NCBI GenBank assembly: GCA_043800105.1
Contig: JAZDNJ010000047.1
Span: 1 to 34,052, forward strand
Direction: 5' to 3'
Length of the DNA stretch: 34,052 nt
Origin: Patescibacteria group bacterium
Lineage (GTDB): Bacteria > Patescibacteriota > Gracilibacteria > UM-FILTER-43-11
Below, in pieces: positions 32,334 to 34,052 of the stretch. Within the stretch, counting starts at the first letter, position 1; every line of letters starts with the position of its first letter. Both the position numbers and the translations under genes were made by a program. The notes under the pieces are model-generated. The model did not search any database, had not been told where the DNA came from, and saw only the letters and a list, made by a program, of their open reading frames with translations.

Positions 32334-33776
32334 TCACTTCAGCTTACTCACTTCAGCGGCCAGGACCTGTCCGTCCAGGCGGGGTTTCCATTGAATTCCC
32401 TGCTTAATGCCGTAAAGCCGTGAAGTTTCAAAAAGGGGAATACCTATCAAATCTTTATCCGTTTTGTCGCCGATCTCCTGTAAGAGTGCAAGCCTCTTTT
32501 GGGGGTCCATTTCGGCGCGGCTTTTAAAAATAAGAGCGTCTGCTTCGGGATTTTTATAGCGGCCGTTATTCAGGGGACCCAATGAATATATAAAAGATTC
32601 AAAAAAACCGCCGGCATCCCCGTCTTCAGCCTGCCAGCCGATTAAGAACAACTGCGATTCATTACGACCGATTTTAGCCAGCAAGTCGTTCGGTTCGACC
32701 GCATTTGCTTTTACCGAAAAGCCGGCCTTCCGCAACTGGCTTACCAGATACTCGCTCAGGGTCTGATAAGTGCTCAGGTAATCAAAATTCAGCCTTTCCA
32801 GCCGTTTGCCGAACAAATCACTCGCTTCCTTTTTCGGATCGTACAAATAGACTGGAATATGCTGGTTGTAACCGAATACGCCCGGCGCGATAAACTGGTT
32901 ACTTCGCCGCACAAACTTATTCCCGATAGCTTCAATGCGCTCAGGGTCAATAAGACTTCGGACAGCCTCCCGGATATCCCGATCCTTAAAGAGCGGATCA
33001 TCCAGATTAAACATCAGAAAATTCACTTCCAGTCCGTATTGGCTGATTACCTGAGCCGGCGGAAGTTCAAGCGCCTGCTCCGCTCCAAGCCCAACCAGAA
33101 TATCAATATCACCATTTTCAAACATCCTGTTGCGCTCAGTCCTGTTGCTTACCACTTCATACCGCGCTTTTTGAAATTCCGGTTTTTGCCCCCAGTAGTC
33201 GGGAAATGCCTTTAAAGACAAATGATCCCCCGGGACCCATTCGTCCAGCTCATAGGGGCCGGTGCCTATATTATCTTCTTTAGAAATGAACACTTTAGTC
33301 AGTTTGCTCAGAAGAAGCGGATCGGGAGAGTGAGTGGTGATGATAACGCGGTGGCCATCCATAACGGTAATATCCTGTATGGAATTGATATAGGCGACAA
33401 TCTGCACGTTGGTGGAACTTTTGGCTTTTTCAAAAGTTTCCACAACATCATAAGCGTCAAAAGGACTGCCGTCATGAAACAGCACTCCCTCCCTTAGCCG
33501 GAACTCCCAGCTGGTCTGGGTCAGGCTTCCCCAGCTGACCGCCAGCGCCGGTATGATTTTCAGGTTACTGTCAAAGGCCACAAGTCCTTCATAAATATTC
33601 TGAATACGCGTGGCATTATTCAGATCCAGGTTGTAAGGAGAAATATCCGTCGCCGCGGTATTCATTACAATTATCAGAGCGTCTTTTTCCACGATCGGGA
33701 AAATGGCATCCCGAAAATAAAACAGCCCCGCGCCCAGGATGGTAAAAATAACGATAACAAATACTATCTTTTTCAT
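32334..33776 (-). CDS. ABC transporter substrate-binding protein, family 5 (peptide/nickel type)
   Basis: It has an N-terminal signal anchor (MKKIVFVIVIFTILGAGLFYF). Its length and sequence are typical of SBP_bac_5 (LVAFDSNLKIIPALAVSWG...WEFRLREGVLFHDGSPFDAYDV). The start is set at ATG 33776. Confidence 0.75.
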   Translation of the reverse strand: MKKIVFVIVIFTILGAGLFYFRDAIFPIVEKDALIIVMNTAATDISPYNLDLNNATRIQNIYEGLVAFDSNLKIIPALAVSWGSLTQTSWEFRLREGVLFHDGSPFDAYDVVETFEKAKSSTNVQIVAYINSIQDITVMDGHRVIITTHSPDPLLLSKLTKVFISKEDNIGTGPYELDEWVPGDHLSLKAFPDYWGQKPEFQKARYEVVSNRTERNRMFENGDIDILVGLGAEQALELPPAQVISQYGLEVNFLMFNLDDPLFKDRDIREAVRSLIDPERIEAIGNKFVRRSNQFIAPGVFGYNQHIPVYLYDPKKEASDLFGKRLERLNFDYLSTYQTLSEYLVSQLRKAGFSVKANAVEPNDLLAKIGRNESQLFLIGWQAEDGDAGGFFESFIYSLGPLNNGRYKNPEADALIFKSRAEMDPQKRLALLQEIGDKTDKDLIGIPLFETSRLYGIKQGIQWKPRLDGQVLAAEVSKLK

Positions 33777-33870
33777 CTTTCTTTTTGGAACGGAATTATT
33801 CCGTGAATCATTGTAACAGAAAAAGGCCGCCTGAAAAAACACTCATATTCTTCGGCAGACGAAATGCTGA

Positions 33871-34052
33871 TTACAGAGTGGATGCAGGTGTAGTTACTGT
33901 TGGGGTGCCGGGTGTTGCGGATTTAAGGGCGCCGAGGGCTGTTTTGGCTTCCTCGAGAGTGTTATACACCGTAATGATTTGCGTGATGCCGACGACTTTC
34001 AGGATGTCCAGGATATTGGGCTTGGGGCCGATGATTGAAATAGAACCGCTTT
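33871..34052 (-). CDS. STAS-domain protein (anti-sigma-factor-antagonist-like), C-terminal fragment truncated by the window edge
   Basis: My own translation of the minus strand is ..SGSISIIGPKPNILDILKVVGITQIITVYNTLEEAKTALGALKSATPGTPTVTTPASTL*, with the stop codon at 33871-33873. It is absent from the ORF track because no start codon lies inside the window. Confidence 0.5.
   Translation of the reverse strand, partial: SGSISIIGPKPNILDILKVVGITQIITVYNTLEEAKTALGALKSATPGTPTVTTPASTL

Overview
The window looks like a chromosomal segment from a small-genome, probably monoderm-like bacterium. A CPR/Patescibacteria-like origin is only an inference. TGA is used as a stop codon, an RF2 gene with its TGA frameshift site is present, and almost no gene has a Shine-Dalgarno sequence. 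Housekeeping genes are interleaved with two type IV pilus / T2SS-like assembly modules. These genes are tRNA-Leu, def, prfB, nusA, recX, nth, aroE, hisS, a family-5 solute-binding protein and a partial STAS protein. Module 1 (1895-7349) encodes PilN-like, PilO-like, PilB-like, PilC-like and pilin proteins. Module 2 (8952-26850) encodes a DUF11-like surface protein, a second PilB-like ATPase, four further prepilin-type proteins, a PilN/O-like protein fused to SLH domains, a PilO-like protein, a second PilC-like protein, a PilX-like protein and a 620-aa secreted protein. The most unusual content lies between pilB2 and the minor-pilin operon. A 1158-aa exported, SLH-bearing protein ends in a divergent RelA/SpoT-type (alarmone-synthetase-like) nucleotide pyrophosphokinase domain. 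It is followed 3 nt later by a small ORF (candidate immunity protein) and then a Yip1-like membrane protein. The 3' half of the large ORF and the small ORF are much more AT-rich than their surroundings. I read this as a polymorphic-toxin / immunity cassette grafted into a pilus locus. All domain calls come from motif reading by eye, and no database search was run.
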